A stretch of 64,000 bases of DNA from Daphnia carinata (Eukaryota), in assembly GCF_022539665.2 (NCBI RefSeq), contig NC_081333.1, forward strand, positions 5,456,001 to 5,520,000. The letters run 5' to 3'. The position numbers and the translations under genes were made by a program. Shown one piece after another: positions 25,650 to 38,333 of this stretch. Under the pieces are notes generated by a model. The model was not told the DNA's origin and did no database searches. It saw only the letters and a list, made by a program, of their open reading frames with translations. Numbering within the stretch: the stretch's first letter is position 1; the number at the start of each line of letters is the position of its first letter.

Positions 25650-27600
25650 TTTCAAGGGAAAATGCTACAAAATTATTACTGGTTGCAATGGACATTAGAT
25701 ACACTTTAAATGCTATTTAGTTGATGGGCCAGCATTGCATAAAATGCGATAAATTTTGACATTTGAAAATATTGAAATCAGTGGAATCGAACGGATCAGG
25801 AAAGAAATTTGCTAACATAAGGAAATTCCTGCCAATCACAAAAACTTCCCCATCTCTTTCAAGAACATTCTCTATTATTACAACTTCTTTGCTATTAAAA
25901 AAAACGCAATTATCTCCTGTCTTGTTTGTTACCCAGTAAGTTTTAAGATGAATTTGTTTAAATTGATAGTAAGCATTGAAGTTTTGCAACAATGGACCAT
26001 CGTTAAGTTCAAACTTAAACTTGTACGATGCTTCCATTTTATCAATAGCTCCAATCATTTTTTGTTGTTTACCAAGTTCAGCTAAACGTTTTACGATCTG
26101 TTCTAATTTTCTGTTTTCTTCAGAAGACGCTTTATTCTACCAAGATGGTTTTCGAAGACGTGCGCGGAAAAACTATCTTGACCTCTAAGACAACTACATT
26201 CATCGGTAATGTGAATCAAATTATGGATATTATAAGAAATAAAAACAGGTCCATATAAAATAGGCCCATTAAGGATAAAATTACTTAATAACTCCTTACC
26301 GCACTGTACGTGTTTTACATGAAACCTAGTAGACGACAAAATTTTCCTCGCGACATAGAAGTTAAAAAATGAGAATACCTTTCAGGTGTAATTCGGCTTA
26401 AAAGTACAACTGGGCCAGTATAAAGCCTTAATTGTCGCCATTCAGTTGCCTCAATCTTTGTTGTGAATGGTCTTGGTTTTCTTGCAAATTCTCCAGGTAT
26501 ATAGTGCGATAGCATTAACATAGTTTCGTCAATTCGTCTGGCCGTGTTAGGACTAACTTTAAGATCCCCATCGAAAAGCAAGGTAAAACATATTTTACTA
26601 TATGCACCTTCGTCGAGCAAATGCATGGGATCAAGAGGGAACTCTAGAATCATATCTATATCTATTCCTCCAGGCAACTGTAATAATTATGGTGATCAGG
26701 ATCAAAACGCTTTCGAAAAGATTGATCCGTGCGTAAAGGAGACCTTGTGGACGGAAAAACAATTCTCCCCTTTGGTCTAGCTTGAAATCGCATCTCGCTT
26801 GGCTTAATAGCGTTCTCTTCGATAGTTGTACATTTAAAACCAAAACTTTTTTCTGAATGGTATCTTGTTCCTGTAATGAATGCACGGACGGGAGCGTCGT
26901 AGATTAATGAACATTCCGAATCTTAACCAAATTATCGTGATGCGTAAACCGAGTTGTCATAATACTCTTCATTTCCTTTACGAATTCTTTTAAAAATCTC
27001 TTTGGATTCGAAGGTTTTTCTTGGCCGTAATAAATTGCAATAACAAAAACTTTTTTCTCCAAGTCATAAAATCCGCGAACGGTTCCAAGAATGACTCACA
27101 ACAGACCACTAGTGTTGTAGGATATTGGAAATCCATCAATGTTGACAAAATTATCAACGAACTCTATACTTGTTTTTGAACGTACCAAATAATTTAAGAC
27201 AATGCTAATTCCTTTTACAACACCAAAGTGATAACAATTGCCTGGATGGACTTCATGGACTTTCACAATACGAGGAGAGCCGATCAATGAACGTGCATCG
27301 GTTGATAAATCAGAGTGGCATAAATGAGTTCTGCGTATAGCAAGCAGTTTGTTTACGTGAACGTGCTTCACTCCAGGTAGAACGGCCCATGATGCTAGTT
27401 TTTCACGGAATGACAACTCAGTTACATCACTCAGAGTCCCCGATAAATCGCCATTGTTTAAAACCACGTCGACTTCGTCTTCCTCGAAATCATCATTTAC
27501 AAAATCGTCTTCTGAAGTTAATGAACCATCATCACTAATTTCAGGATGAGGATCAAATTCTGGCTTTTTAATGTCGCTTGCGTTTCACTTCGAACATTTA
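25650..27600 (-). pseudogene. CMC/EnSpm-type transposase, frameshifted
   Basis: Peptides LASWAV....HVHVNKLL, DARSL, NIDGFPI, FPLDPMHLLDEG, EFARKPR..KIEATEWRQLRLYTGPVVL and YNIHNLIHITDEC...DSFSAHVFENHLGRIKRLLKK are characteristic of animal EnSpm/CMC transposases. Confidence 0.88.
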
Positions 27601-28879
27601 ACGCTTCACTCGCTTCTTTCGTGTTTAGAAACTCGGCGTCTTGTCTCACACTACGTTTTGGAACTTATTTTCACGAAAAATGCGAAAAATGCTACGTTTA
27701 CTTCCATCCATTTTTTCCTGTCGGATCCTAAAAACTTTTTTCCTGCATTTGCTTATATTGTTGTCAAAAAACGAAGTTGCTTACAAACCTCAAATAAAAT
27801 TTAAGAAAAAGCTGTCCCTTAATATTTTCGCTGGATGGCGCTGGATAATCGTTGGACACTTTGCGCAATATGATCTATAACGTTTGAAAATAAAATGTTA
27901 CATGAGTTTTTATTTATATACTATTAACTTACCTCAAGTTTACTTTTATAAAATTAAGTGCGACACAAGATGGTCCGAAAAAAGATGGTACACAAAAGGC
28001 GTTCTTCCCTTACCAAAAAGGCAACGAAGACTGAGAACAAAGAGACGCTTGGATGACGCTTTGTTTTGACGTTGTCTATTTGCGAAATTCGAGTAGTTGG
28101 CATTTTTGAAATTTTGTTTGCTTCGTAGCAGAACAAAATAAGCAAAATAAGTTTTTGCGAAGGAAATAGGAGGACTTGTTCCGATTAGGCTCCCGCATAA
28201 CCTACCCTTGGATGCACTAAAACAATTCACCATGCTTTTGTACAAAGGGAAGGTTAGAAGCATAGAATCTACTGATGGTTGCAGAACGATACAAATCAGG
28301 AAGCTGTTTTACAAGCCTGTTTTCTTTTTCGGTATTCCAATATATTGTCGCGATCATAACTTTGTAATGCTAATTATTCATGTCGTACCTTTAAGTAAAA
28401 GCGACGTCACGATGGACCGTTGTGTTCATTGCGTGGAGAACGTTGCTGTGTTGTTTTTTGTTAGTGTACCAGGAAAAACCTTTTCATGTTTTACCTAGAA
28501 TTATCTTTGTCAAGTCCGTGTACAACGTAGTAGCTACTCTTTCGTTATTCATTGTAGTTGTTTTGGAAGTCAGTTGAGAATAGAGTGTTAATCGTATAAG
28601 TTGACTTTGTATTTTAGTGTATATTAAGTGTTAACAAACTACTGGTGGTGTCTTAGCCAGTAGTGGTTAAACAGCAGATTGTCTGTATCCTGATTACAGC
28701 AACTAACTGTGTTACCATTATTGGCGATTAATCATCAAAGTGAAGTGCTTATGCATCATCTTATTTGTGTTTGTGGAAGTGTCAATTTTGCCCGCGACAA
28801 TATCATTGACAACGTCTGGTGGTAACGCCTGCCTATGACGAAATTTTATTAATGCACAGACAAAAGCTATTGAACACTG

Positions 28880-30960
28880 GATTGATTGCTTGATCTATTC
28901 TTGTGCTTGGTAGTACTTCCTTTACGCGACATTTGGTGTTAGATTTGTCCATCGTTTCACCGATCGTACATCCTGCCCCCTCAACCCAATGGGCACCACG
29001 AAAAACCTGGAACGAATATTTGCATAAATTGGCATTTATGAATGCAGGATTAAGTGAAAAATATGTAAGAGATATGCAGTGCTTACCTACCAATACCATG
29101 CGTGAGTTTTCTAATGCCATCTAGAAAGAAATGGCTTGATCAACTGTAGGGGAGATCGAACACATCTTGGACGCTGTACCAAGTTGCACAATGACGCTGA
29201 AATAGAAGTAAGCATAACAAAAATATAATATTTACACATTGTGTTCGAAATAGATTTTTTTAAATAGCAAAAAAGTTTGAGTCCCGTGCCTTTATTACTT
29301 ATTAGGTTATTTAACAAATAATAAAAATGAGAAGAGTCTGCATTTTTCTTTGTTGTTTATCGGTGTTTTTCCCTATGTGGTCTAAAATTATGCGTTTATA
29401 GATATTGACCGGAAGTAAGGCAGAGATTTCGTAATAATATTTGAAAGTCAAAATAGTTGGTCATTTACATATAAACACATCACAGCTGCAAGAGCTGTTT
29501 TGGGGGGCTAGGTAGTACAAACTGCATGGATGATATTGGACACCAATCGGGCTTGCAAGGGAGGAGTCAAGTCAAAGCGCGAAAATTTGAAATGTTTGAA
29601 TGTAATGGAACATTTCGGATACAGGTAATGCTTATTTTTCTTTTTTAATTTTTTATTTGCAAAAATAATGTAATACCTCTCCGTATTATTCAACTGTAAT
29701 TACACGTTTTTAAATATCTAGTCACATTTTCAAGGTTTCGTCTGCTGTTGCAGCCATGAAATTATAATTAAAGAATTAGGGAAATCGATAGAAAAATTTA
29801 TATAACCAAATTATCGATACTGTGTTGGCTCCCCGTCCTTTTATGTCTCCTCTATCAGTAAAATGAAAATATTTCAGGGATCATAAAAGTCTTTTATTTC
29901 AGCTAATATCTTATGAAGATTGAACTTTAATTGTTCGCTAAGTTAACAGCAAAAAGTAGAAATAAAAGCAAAATGTTAATACAACTCATTCTACCACTTT
30001 TGACCTCGTCCAAAGTGAGACATGTGTCTGTCCAAAATCACCGGATTCGGTCCAAGTTCACCATTAAATCAAAATCGTTATAATTTCTAACTGACATAAA
30101 ATCTCTGAAAAGGGATTCAGGTGTTGGAAACATTCTAAATTCATTTTTAAAAATCTTTTCTAAATTTAGAGTAGGTGGAATGTTAGATAATGGGGTAAAA
30201 CCGAAACTGTCCAAGATGGGTCCCGTCTCCACTACATATACCTGTTGGAGATCAGGAGCTTTTGCGGCCAAAGTAGAAACGTAATTCGAGTAGGCGCATG
30301 CAACGTCAAAACAAACCATTCGACCTCTAAATTTTCCAGAGCTCATTTGTGTAGACAGCTGACGTGTCGATACGTTCCCCATCGTCGATCGTGTTAACGC
30401 ATCGTAATAAAACCACATGTCGACCAGTAATAAAAACAGTTCCAGTGACATCATAGACATAAAAATTTTGTTTGTAGTAAATGACAGTAAATTATGAGTA
30501 TTTTGTGTTGAAATAAAACGCATAATGCTTACCTTCTCGAATTCTCGATACTTCTCCAGAAGTTTCAAATACGTTCCTTTTGGAAATTCCTGGAATACTG
30601 TGCAAAAGGTTGAACCAAAATTCGAGCAGGCTTATGGACAAAAGGTAAGGAGTTTTAGAAGATTTTGGCCTGCACCAACTAGAAAAGATATAATCCTCAT
30701 AATCCTCAGTGGCAGCTGCTGTAAAAAATGGGCAATCGGTACAATACAATTCTGGGGTGTTCAGATCAAAGTTATCAAAAAAAATTAATTAAGTGATAAA
30801 GCAAACGTGCTGATATGCAACATGATTCATTTAATATCTTTCATACAGAGATTATTTTAGAAGAAACAGTTTATTATACCTGCTTCACTTACCACAGCAA
30901 TGCAGCTATTACTGTCACTTACACTACACTTTCGTTCCTCATTGCAATAGAGATAGTTCT
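28880..30960 (-). pseudogene. KDZ (Kyakuja-Dileera-Zisupton-like) transposase remnant with Cys-cluster N-terminus, interrupted by a MITE
   Basis: Fragments YCTDCPF...SSW.PKS.K..YLLS..LLEFWF, VCFDVACAYSNY, KPFLSRWH*KTHAWY and WVEGAGCTIGETMDKSN parallel the KDZ motifs YDVAC, PFLS.MHAK.H.W and GAG.T.GE..EQ.NS. Confidence 0.75.
29146..30235 (+). mobile_element. GTAGGG...CTAC MITE, copy 2, inserted in the KDZ transposase
   Basis: Ends gtaggggagatcgaacacatcttggac and tgtccaagatgggtcccgtctccactac. Internal blocks are shared with 9606-10562 (e.g. ggaggagtcaagtcaaagcgcgaaaatttgaaatgttt). Confidence 0.85.
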
Positions 30961-32479
30961 GGGAACCTTGCATGGAGCAGGAACATCTATCATGTAAATA
31001 AAAATCATTTTTAAAGTTTGATGGGTTGTATGAAGGTTACTGATATTACCCCATTCAAAAACTGACCAGCCTTCCTTTACTTATGAACCAATACCCTTTT
31101 ATAAAAAGGAAACTAAAAACGGGTGTCGATGTCACAAATGTGCACAAACTGGGGATTTCACAATTGTCACAACGTACGAGTACAAGTACTAATACACGTC
31201 ATGCAGCACTTGTTTGAGCCAAAGGCGTCAGACTTAACAAGAGTTCACTGTAAAGCATTGTCCCGTAGTGAGAATGACTTTACGTGTTTTAAGCCAATTA
31301 ATAAACGATGAACTCAGCAGACTACAAGAACTATTGCGCGTTTGCACGCTGGAGAAACGATACGCGAGAAGTGGAACGATGGTGTCACCGCTGACTGACA
31401 ACTTGGGAGAGTTACCGCACTGCCTACCTCGGGCAACAACGTTGAATGCTGTCGGCTGCTAAAAGCCAAGAAACTGTCGTGTCATGCCCATCCGGGCTCT
31501 CAGGACCTCCGCGACCAACGATGAAGCTGACCCACCTTGACGTTTTCCAGCTACCACTATCCTGTACCACACACTCGGACGAGTGGGTTTTTCCGGTGAG
31601 TGCGGAGGAGGCACCACGCTCGAAGCGACGCACACAGACACTCCCAACCTATACTCACCAACGGTCCGACCACGGAAGGCGTAGCTCATGGTAGCGTCCA
31701 CCCTACCAACGAGGTATCCTGCGGAGGTGTTCCGGTTACTGGACACCAACGATACCATTGGTCATAGAAAAGTTATACCTCCGACTACCCCAACTGAACA
31801 TAACAATTTAATTGGTTGTCGTGATTTGTTACTGTTAATGTTCTTTTTCCCTTTCTCTCTTCTCTGTCCCAAAGCGTAGTGCATAGTGCGAAGAATGAGA
31901 AAGATTTGCTTGAGTTCATTGAAGTAATCAATCGAGAAGCTGTGGCAGGTCACTGGGATGACAACTGAAAACTCGGATTCGCCGAGGGATCTTTACTTGG
32001 CATTGCTGCAGAGTGGCGCTGGCATGATGACATGGAACTTCCGGCAGACTTGATTGGCTGGTCAACTGCTCGGTGCGTTTTCGGAAACGCTGTTACTTTG
32101 CCGAGTGGGGAAATTAATGACGATACCTGTCTAACGAAAAGACGAATCCACCCCACAATACACCTTGTCAAAAGTCAAACTTCGCCGCCATTCTCCTTAT
32201 CCAATGGCAGATGCTGATTTTATCCTATCTAATTAAAGGGATTTACTTTCAACCATTTCGTGTCGCCCTATTATAAAATCCTACAAACTCAGTCATCGCC
32301 TTTATTCAGAACAACGAAACTCTAGCAGCAAATGCAGTTTTTACTGTCGTCAAAGAATGGGACATGTTCTTGTTAGGGATTCGTTTAGACGAACGAGTTC
32401 AAGACAACTCATTAAATTAAAAATTCGGCATAATAAAAATTCAAGAACTTCACTGTATAACACTCCCAAATAACAATAC

Positions 32480-32790
32480 CGACAGCGCGGAATCGTGCCT
32501 AATGGAGAATAGCCGTGTTTTAAATACAGCAAAACAGGCCGCATGCGCAGCGACTGTCCCCTGAACAACAACCAACGGTCGGTAAACTACAAAGCCAGAC
32601 CCGTGGTCCAGGCCCAGGACTAAATGCTTTCTAAGTCCCGTCTATTCCGGCCATTTTCTCCGTATACATCGCCAACTTAAAAGACAACGTAGAGGCTCTA
32701 TTAGACTCGGGAGCCTCAACAAGTGTGTTCAAATTTTCGACCATGCCAATTACTCAAGCCCTCATGCCACTGAAACTAGCTGATGGCCGT
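32480..32790 (+). pseudogene. LTR-retrotransposon gag knuckle and protease remnant
   Basis: CFKYSKTGRMRSDCP (degenerate CCHC, ~32517-32561), then VEALLDSGASTSV (aspartic protease active-site motif, ~32689-32727). Confidence 0.7.
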
Positions 32791-34312
32791 TGCACTGAAG
32801 AGGTGGAGAAGCCGATGGGGTTATCCACTGGTGCGACACCTGGTGAATCTCAGAGTTCCAAACTGGAGGAACTTTCCTATTTCCTAAGATTGGGAGCCGG
32901 CTGGATCCAGAACATCAGGGAACTTCTCTCTACCAACCAGAAGGAAGGATGACGGTGATGACGGTTGTCAGCACGATAACAGCACCTAAATATCGGATGT
33001 TGAACATTTACCTATACCCCTCTTTATCGTGCAGTTAACTATTTTACCGCCACCGACACTGATGTTTGTGCCCACAAGATACACAATCAACGGAAAAAAT
33101 TAACTTACTATGTATATTTCTTGCAAAATTATATATTAAATGACGTGGCCGTAAATAAGTATTTCGTTAGACCCCAACATAATTTTACGAACCTTCGAAA
33201 AAATTTTATGACCGTATTTCCTCAAGGGGTGCCACCACTACCACAAAAACTCGTCCGTAAATGTGATATCTAGTTAACAAACATGGTGTGTAAATTTCAT
33301 AATTTTATAATGAAGCGTTCCTGTAAAACATAGCTTGTCCCAACCAACCCGTCTACCGATTAGCCCCGGTCTTCCTAAAGAAAATATTAGGATTATTTTA
33401 GTTTAACCTTTAGTTGATAGAGCTTCTTCGGAATAACTTATCCGTTCACTGCCATCCAGTCTACCAACTCTTTCCTCAGTTCATTTGGAATACTCTTCCC
33501 TCCTTCCCCCGTTACAGAAGCTGTACGTTTATGTCGTCGCGTAGTCGAGCGTTCCGCAACAATATTACGTAACCTGTAAGTACAACTTGTGCCGATAAGC
33601 AGCAGATTGAAAGGACGAGAATGCTTTTTTCGACTCTTGTTCAAATTAGTTTATAAGCCAAAAAAATCTAAAAAGAACATTCTCTGAATCCAAATCAAAC
33701 AACAGACCTTAAAATTTAGTCAAATCGTAAATTCAAGCTGGAAAATTTGTTTGGCGAGTGTCACGATGCGAACCTTTGACACACGCCCAAGTTCATGTTC
33801 CGTGTTCCATGTTTCCATGTACATTACTTCAATCCCTTTAAGCCTCATCTAGGGTCCTTGATAATTATCAAATGCCATAACCACTAGGCCGTGGACGCCC
33901 AACTTAATGTACTTATGAAAAAACTTTAACGTACCTTCCACATGTAGCAGTTAGTAGTTGCAAAATTTTTTTTAACATTGGCAGATCCCTTTTTTTATTT
34001 CTCACTTGAGTTTTATTTACCAGTTTGTAAAACAGTGGTTTTTTAACAAAAAAAATAAATTTCATTTCATTATTGTTGTGGATTTTAGACTTCGTGTTAA
34101 TAATAAATTTGTTTCGGCTTGTGGAACATTTTTCACGGGGACAGAATTTTGAAAAGTAACGAGCTTCCCGCCATTACCCCGAGAACCCACTCCGCTTGGC
34201 AGGCAAGTATGTATTTCATCCCGATACGACCGACATTACGTTGGCCTTGGGGTAAAAATTAAAAAAATTGAAGTAAAATGAAATGATACGTCCTGTGTTT
34301 TAAGACTGAAGC

Positions 34313-34651
34313 CAGAGATATGGAAATGGGACACGAATAGGGAGAGCGTAAAATTCGATAAAAGACTAACAGGTATGCTGGATATTAATTCTAAGAAAAA
34401 AAATTCCAGAAAGTGACCCTTTCGATTCTCTGAATTTTCATCGCCTTCCGTTTTATAAGAAATGGAACTTTCGTTATGGGTTCTTATCAGGCGTATTGTC
34501 TGACTTTCCTTGCTCATAGTCGAATCAACTGCATGTCACATTCTTTACTTGCCAGGAATTCGTCTGCTAATAACGGGAATTAGCCGCTAGATGTTGCGCC
34601 AAAAATATCGTAGCGAATTTAACACGGCAGTGTCCCATTTCCTTATCACTA
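34313..34651 (+). mobile_element. Short diverged relative of the CAGAGATA MITE
   Basis: Left cagagatatggaaatgggacacgaataggg and right ggaattcgtctgctaat...gaattagccgctagatg...gtgtcccatttccttatc match the ends of 12490-13082. No TSD recognised. Confidence 0.7.
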
Positions 34652-34784
34652 AGTGACTCTGTGTTGCAACATGTATAGAAATTTAAACGAATGTTGATGA
34701 GTGAGGACGCATCAACACTGCAAAAGAATAGCAAGTAGCAGCCAACCTTTGTGGTGATATTGGGCACGATGAAATCGGCATGTA

Positions 34785-35585
34785 CTCTTTTGGACGGGTT
34801 ACCAAAACGAATCCAGGATTTCCGACTTTTGGCTGCAGGTTTCCGACACTTGGACATCTGGTACACGATAATAGGGCATCTGCCTACCGACTTGAGGACT
34901 ACTGGTTCCCGACGTTTTTGCGCAACAATGAAATGTTGATCAACCCAACGAGCGTTACACTTTACGACAAGTGGGCTTCAGTGCCGAAGACAAATGGACT
35001 CCATTAAATTTCTTTCTATTAATTTGTCAAATATTTTTGTACGTATTATTGTTTGTTGAATTTTATACATCTCGACAGCTTTATTAAATTTAGGGTCATG
35101 TTCACAAAAATTCTTTTTATTTGTTAGCTTGCTGAATTTAAATTTGAATTTGAATGTTAAAGACAATCTTGAGGGCTATCGTTTCTATTAAATAAATTTT
35201 TAAAAAGTATATCATAATTCATATATAATATTATTAATATGTGAAAATCAAAGGCCATGTCTAATAGGTAAATAATATTTTAATTGCAAGTGACTTTAAA
35301 CTCATGTAATTGTGAGTATACTTTTCTTCTACAATAACAATATCTAAGTTTATTACCCAATAAACCCGAGCAAAACTGTCTATACAACAATCAAAGTTGA
35401 TTATCAATACTTTATTCATTCCGTAAAAACAAAAAAGAAGAGTCTAAATGCCGCTGGCATGGGAGTCCACTTGTTGCATAGTATGGGGCTTGCTTAGTTT
35501 CAGCAGCATTTTGTTTTCGCCTCCAAACGGCGGAAAGCAATAGTCCATATTTCACTAGACAGATGTCCTACTGCCACGAACAGCT
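34785..35585 (-). repeat. Dispersed repeat, copy 2 (inverse of 6670-7400)
   Basis: Reverse-complement homology to 6670-7400 across several blocks. Confidence 0.8.
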
Positions 35586-35894
35586 CCCCCAAATGTGGGA
35601 CAACAATCCAAGTGTTTTGGAACCGCAGTTTACACCGCGGTTACAAATTGCGGGTACAATCCGTCAAACCTTGGTTCAATCTATTTTTTTTTAAAACCGG
35701 CAAGCCGAACCGCACCATCCTGCCCAAAAAAAATCGCTCGGTTCGGCCAAAGTTGTGCCCGATCGTGGCGGGGCCGAGCCCTATAAATGAGCCCAAGAAG
35801 AAAAAGGGCGTCGCCTAGAAGAGGGGTGGAATCTACTGCACCGAAATATTTCGGTACAATAACGGCCTTTTCCCCTATTGCACCGAAATCTATA

Positions 35895-37280
35895 CCTAAT
35901 CTCTATTATCTAATGCCACGAAGTAATCCTCTTCGACCTCCAGTTCCTCTTGCGTTTTGGCGTAGACAGCTCTGTGGAAGCTGTCATAAGTTTCCTTCCT
36001 GTGGTTCAATTCGATATTTGTCTTTCGGAGACAGATGTCTACGGCCCGAAAAGCGTGGAAATGGCAAAGTTTAGACTTAGCGTTGACGAATATATCCTTT
36101 ACTGCTCCGATTTCTGCATAATCCTTGTCTGTGATGATCACTTCGATTTTTAGTGCGTTGTTATCCTAATTTTCATTAGAGTGTGTTAGTATTGATCGCG
36201 AAAATTATTTATACTAATTGCAGTTACCTTTGAAAAGTAAGTCAGGCCGGCCTTAATCCCTTCAGTTGTTTCTTCACGGACGAAAAAGAAACAAACAGGC
36301 TGTCCAAGTCCAAACTTATCCTTTATCCTTATGGTGTAGAGAGGCATTTCTAATTTTTTAGTCCGATGGGTTCCGTCTAGTTGAATTGCCTCAGGATACT
36401 TATCGAAGAGTTCTACTTGTATTTGGAGTTGTATGTAAATCATGTTACCTTCACCGTTGGCATCGGTGTCGACGTGGATTATACTACCTCCATCACGGAG
36501 ATGCTCTAGTTTTTCGGACGTGGCGGTCCATTCTGAGGTGGATAATCCTAGTAAGATAAAGTTGTTTAATCCATACATAAACAAATTCGAAAAGTGTTAT
36601 GTATACCTTGCACGAGCTGCCGACGATTTTCTATGTCTTTCGATGTTACATTCTTTTGTATTTAAGTTTAAATTCAGTGGCAACTTTTCCAGGTAATACG
36701 TCCATCGTCACGGCCGTGTCAACGAGTTCAGCTTAAGTTTCGTTTAGATTTCTAGAAAATAGTTACGTATTAATGTTATTGCGGTCATTTGCATAAACGA
36801 TTTCTTTTAGTACCTCATACGATGATAGAGCTGGATATGTTCCGAGGAAAGGGCATGGTTTTCGTGACTTAAATTGCATCCGGTATTTTAAACAACAAAT
36901 TTCTAATCCAATGGGTTAAATACTACCTTACAGGTGAAAGTGCAATTGCAAGCAAATTGAAACTGGTTTGGGAGAGTCTGATCCTTCGGGCGGGGTTGGG
37001 GCTTTCCGTTGTGCTTGCAAACGATGGAAGCATGCCTAAATTTCCACTTCTCGTCCAAAGTTACAGCTTTCAACTGCGCGAAAAATTTATATGTTATTAT
37101 AAATTGCAAGTTGATATGATCAGTGTTTCATGCTTACCACTTTATTGTAGGCAGCTATAGTTTTCTTGTCCTTAAGACGTAGCGGGTAGTACTTAACAGT
37201 ATTCAATTCCTGCAAAAAGTCTCTAATTCCTCCCAGCTATCGAAAGCCTTACCATGTTTAAGTGTAGCTAGAGCCATTTT
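35895..37280 (-). pseudogene. MULE transposase (FAR1/ZSWIM3-like), intron-containing, 3'-truncated
   Basis: Peptides YPEAIQLDGTHRTKKLEMPLYTIRIKDKFGLGQPVCFFFVREET and ITDKDYAEIGAVKDIF.NAKSKLCHFHAFRAV (MULE D..D..CxxH). The N-terminal CKH.G...C.C segment is FAR1/WRKY-like. Confidence 0.9.
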
Positions 37281-37599
37281 AAAAATCATCCAAAAACTAA
37301 AGTTTATGTAAGAGAAAATTAAAAAGAGCGTATATAACGCGTGTCAAACTAGAAAAAAATCGGAATGAAATAAAAACTAAATTTAAAAATAGTAGTTAAG
37401 AGTAAAAAAGATTTGTCAAATAATGAGTAGTCAAATTGCAAGTAAGTCAAATATGTGAAAAATCGGAAGCTGAGGATGCGCTTGTGGTCAGTATGAGAGC
37501 CGGATATCGAATTACAGGTTTCGGATAAATGTGGGGTATATAATAGTTTGGTAGACACCACAACCTGTTTGCAAATTCATAATGCAGCAGCACTTTCAG

Positions 37600-37870
37600 T
37601 TTTTTAATCCCTAATACTAGGATAATATTAGAACAACTTCTTTTCATCAGGCCGCTTCCGTACTCCATAATCTCTCATCCAGAGATAATATTTTAATCCC
37701 TAATGCTCATGTAATACTAGTACAACTTCTCTTCATCAGGCCGCTTCCGTATTTCATAATCTCTCGCCCAGGAATAATCTTTTAAGCCTTGAATCATGTG
37801 CAATACTTGAATTTCTCTTCATCAGGCCGCTTCCGTACGCCATAATCTCTAATCAATGTATAATCTTAGA
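37600..37870 (+). repeat. Three tandem ~86-89 bp repeats
   Basis: ttcatcaggccgcttccgta....cataatctct occurs at ~37643, ~37732 and ~37818. Confidence 0.85.
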
Positions 37871-38333
37871 AGAGTAAACCCTAGATCAACAACAGTTCCT
37901 TGCTAAAATTAATCATAAGTCAGCATAAAATGTCCAGGTATCATACCATTTCCAATGCCGGCAATGTAAAAACATTTGGCCAGAAAAATAAAGCATAATA
38001 CTGTTTTCGGGATTTAGCCACAAGTGTAATATGTTTATGTAAAAATGAATTTATTTAAAAAAAGATAATCGTAAGAGTGTTGTCGGTTAGTATTTAAAAT
38101 GTATTTAATATTTCGTTACAATAGGAAAAAACAACTGTGAGTGCTAGCCAGAGTTGAAACTAGCTCACCGAAACGTTAGCTTAGCTCAAGCTCTTCGCTC
38201 ATGGCTAAAGAGTAAGTGGAGCTCAAACTCAAGCTCGTAAAAAAAAGTTGAGCTCCGCTCAAGCTCACGTTCGCTCAAGCTCATTTTTAAACAATTATTT
38301 AAAAATAAAACTAGTAAGTGCCAACAGTGTATT

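Larger units (their letters stand above)
19862..28256 (-). mobile_element. Decayed two-gene CMC/EnSpm (CACTA-type) DNA transposon
   Basis: Begins CCCAGACGGCTCAAA at 19862. 19862-20035 and 28158-28256 match the two ends of the 38334-39566 element in reverse. Encodes transposase and DUF4806-like fragments on the minus strand. The last ~35 bp of the right end are missing. Confidence 0.8.

Noticed and set aside
30038..30568. 176-aa ORF as an intact gene
   Set aside because: It is chimeric: KDZ transposase sequence reading into the MITE at 30235.
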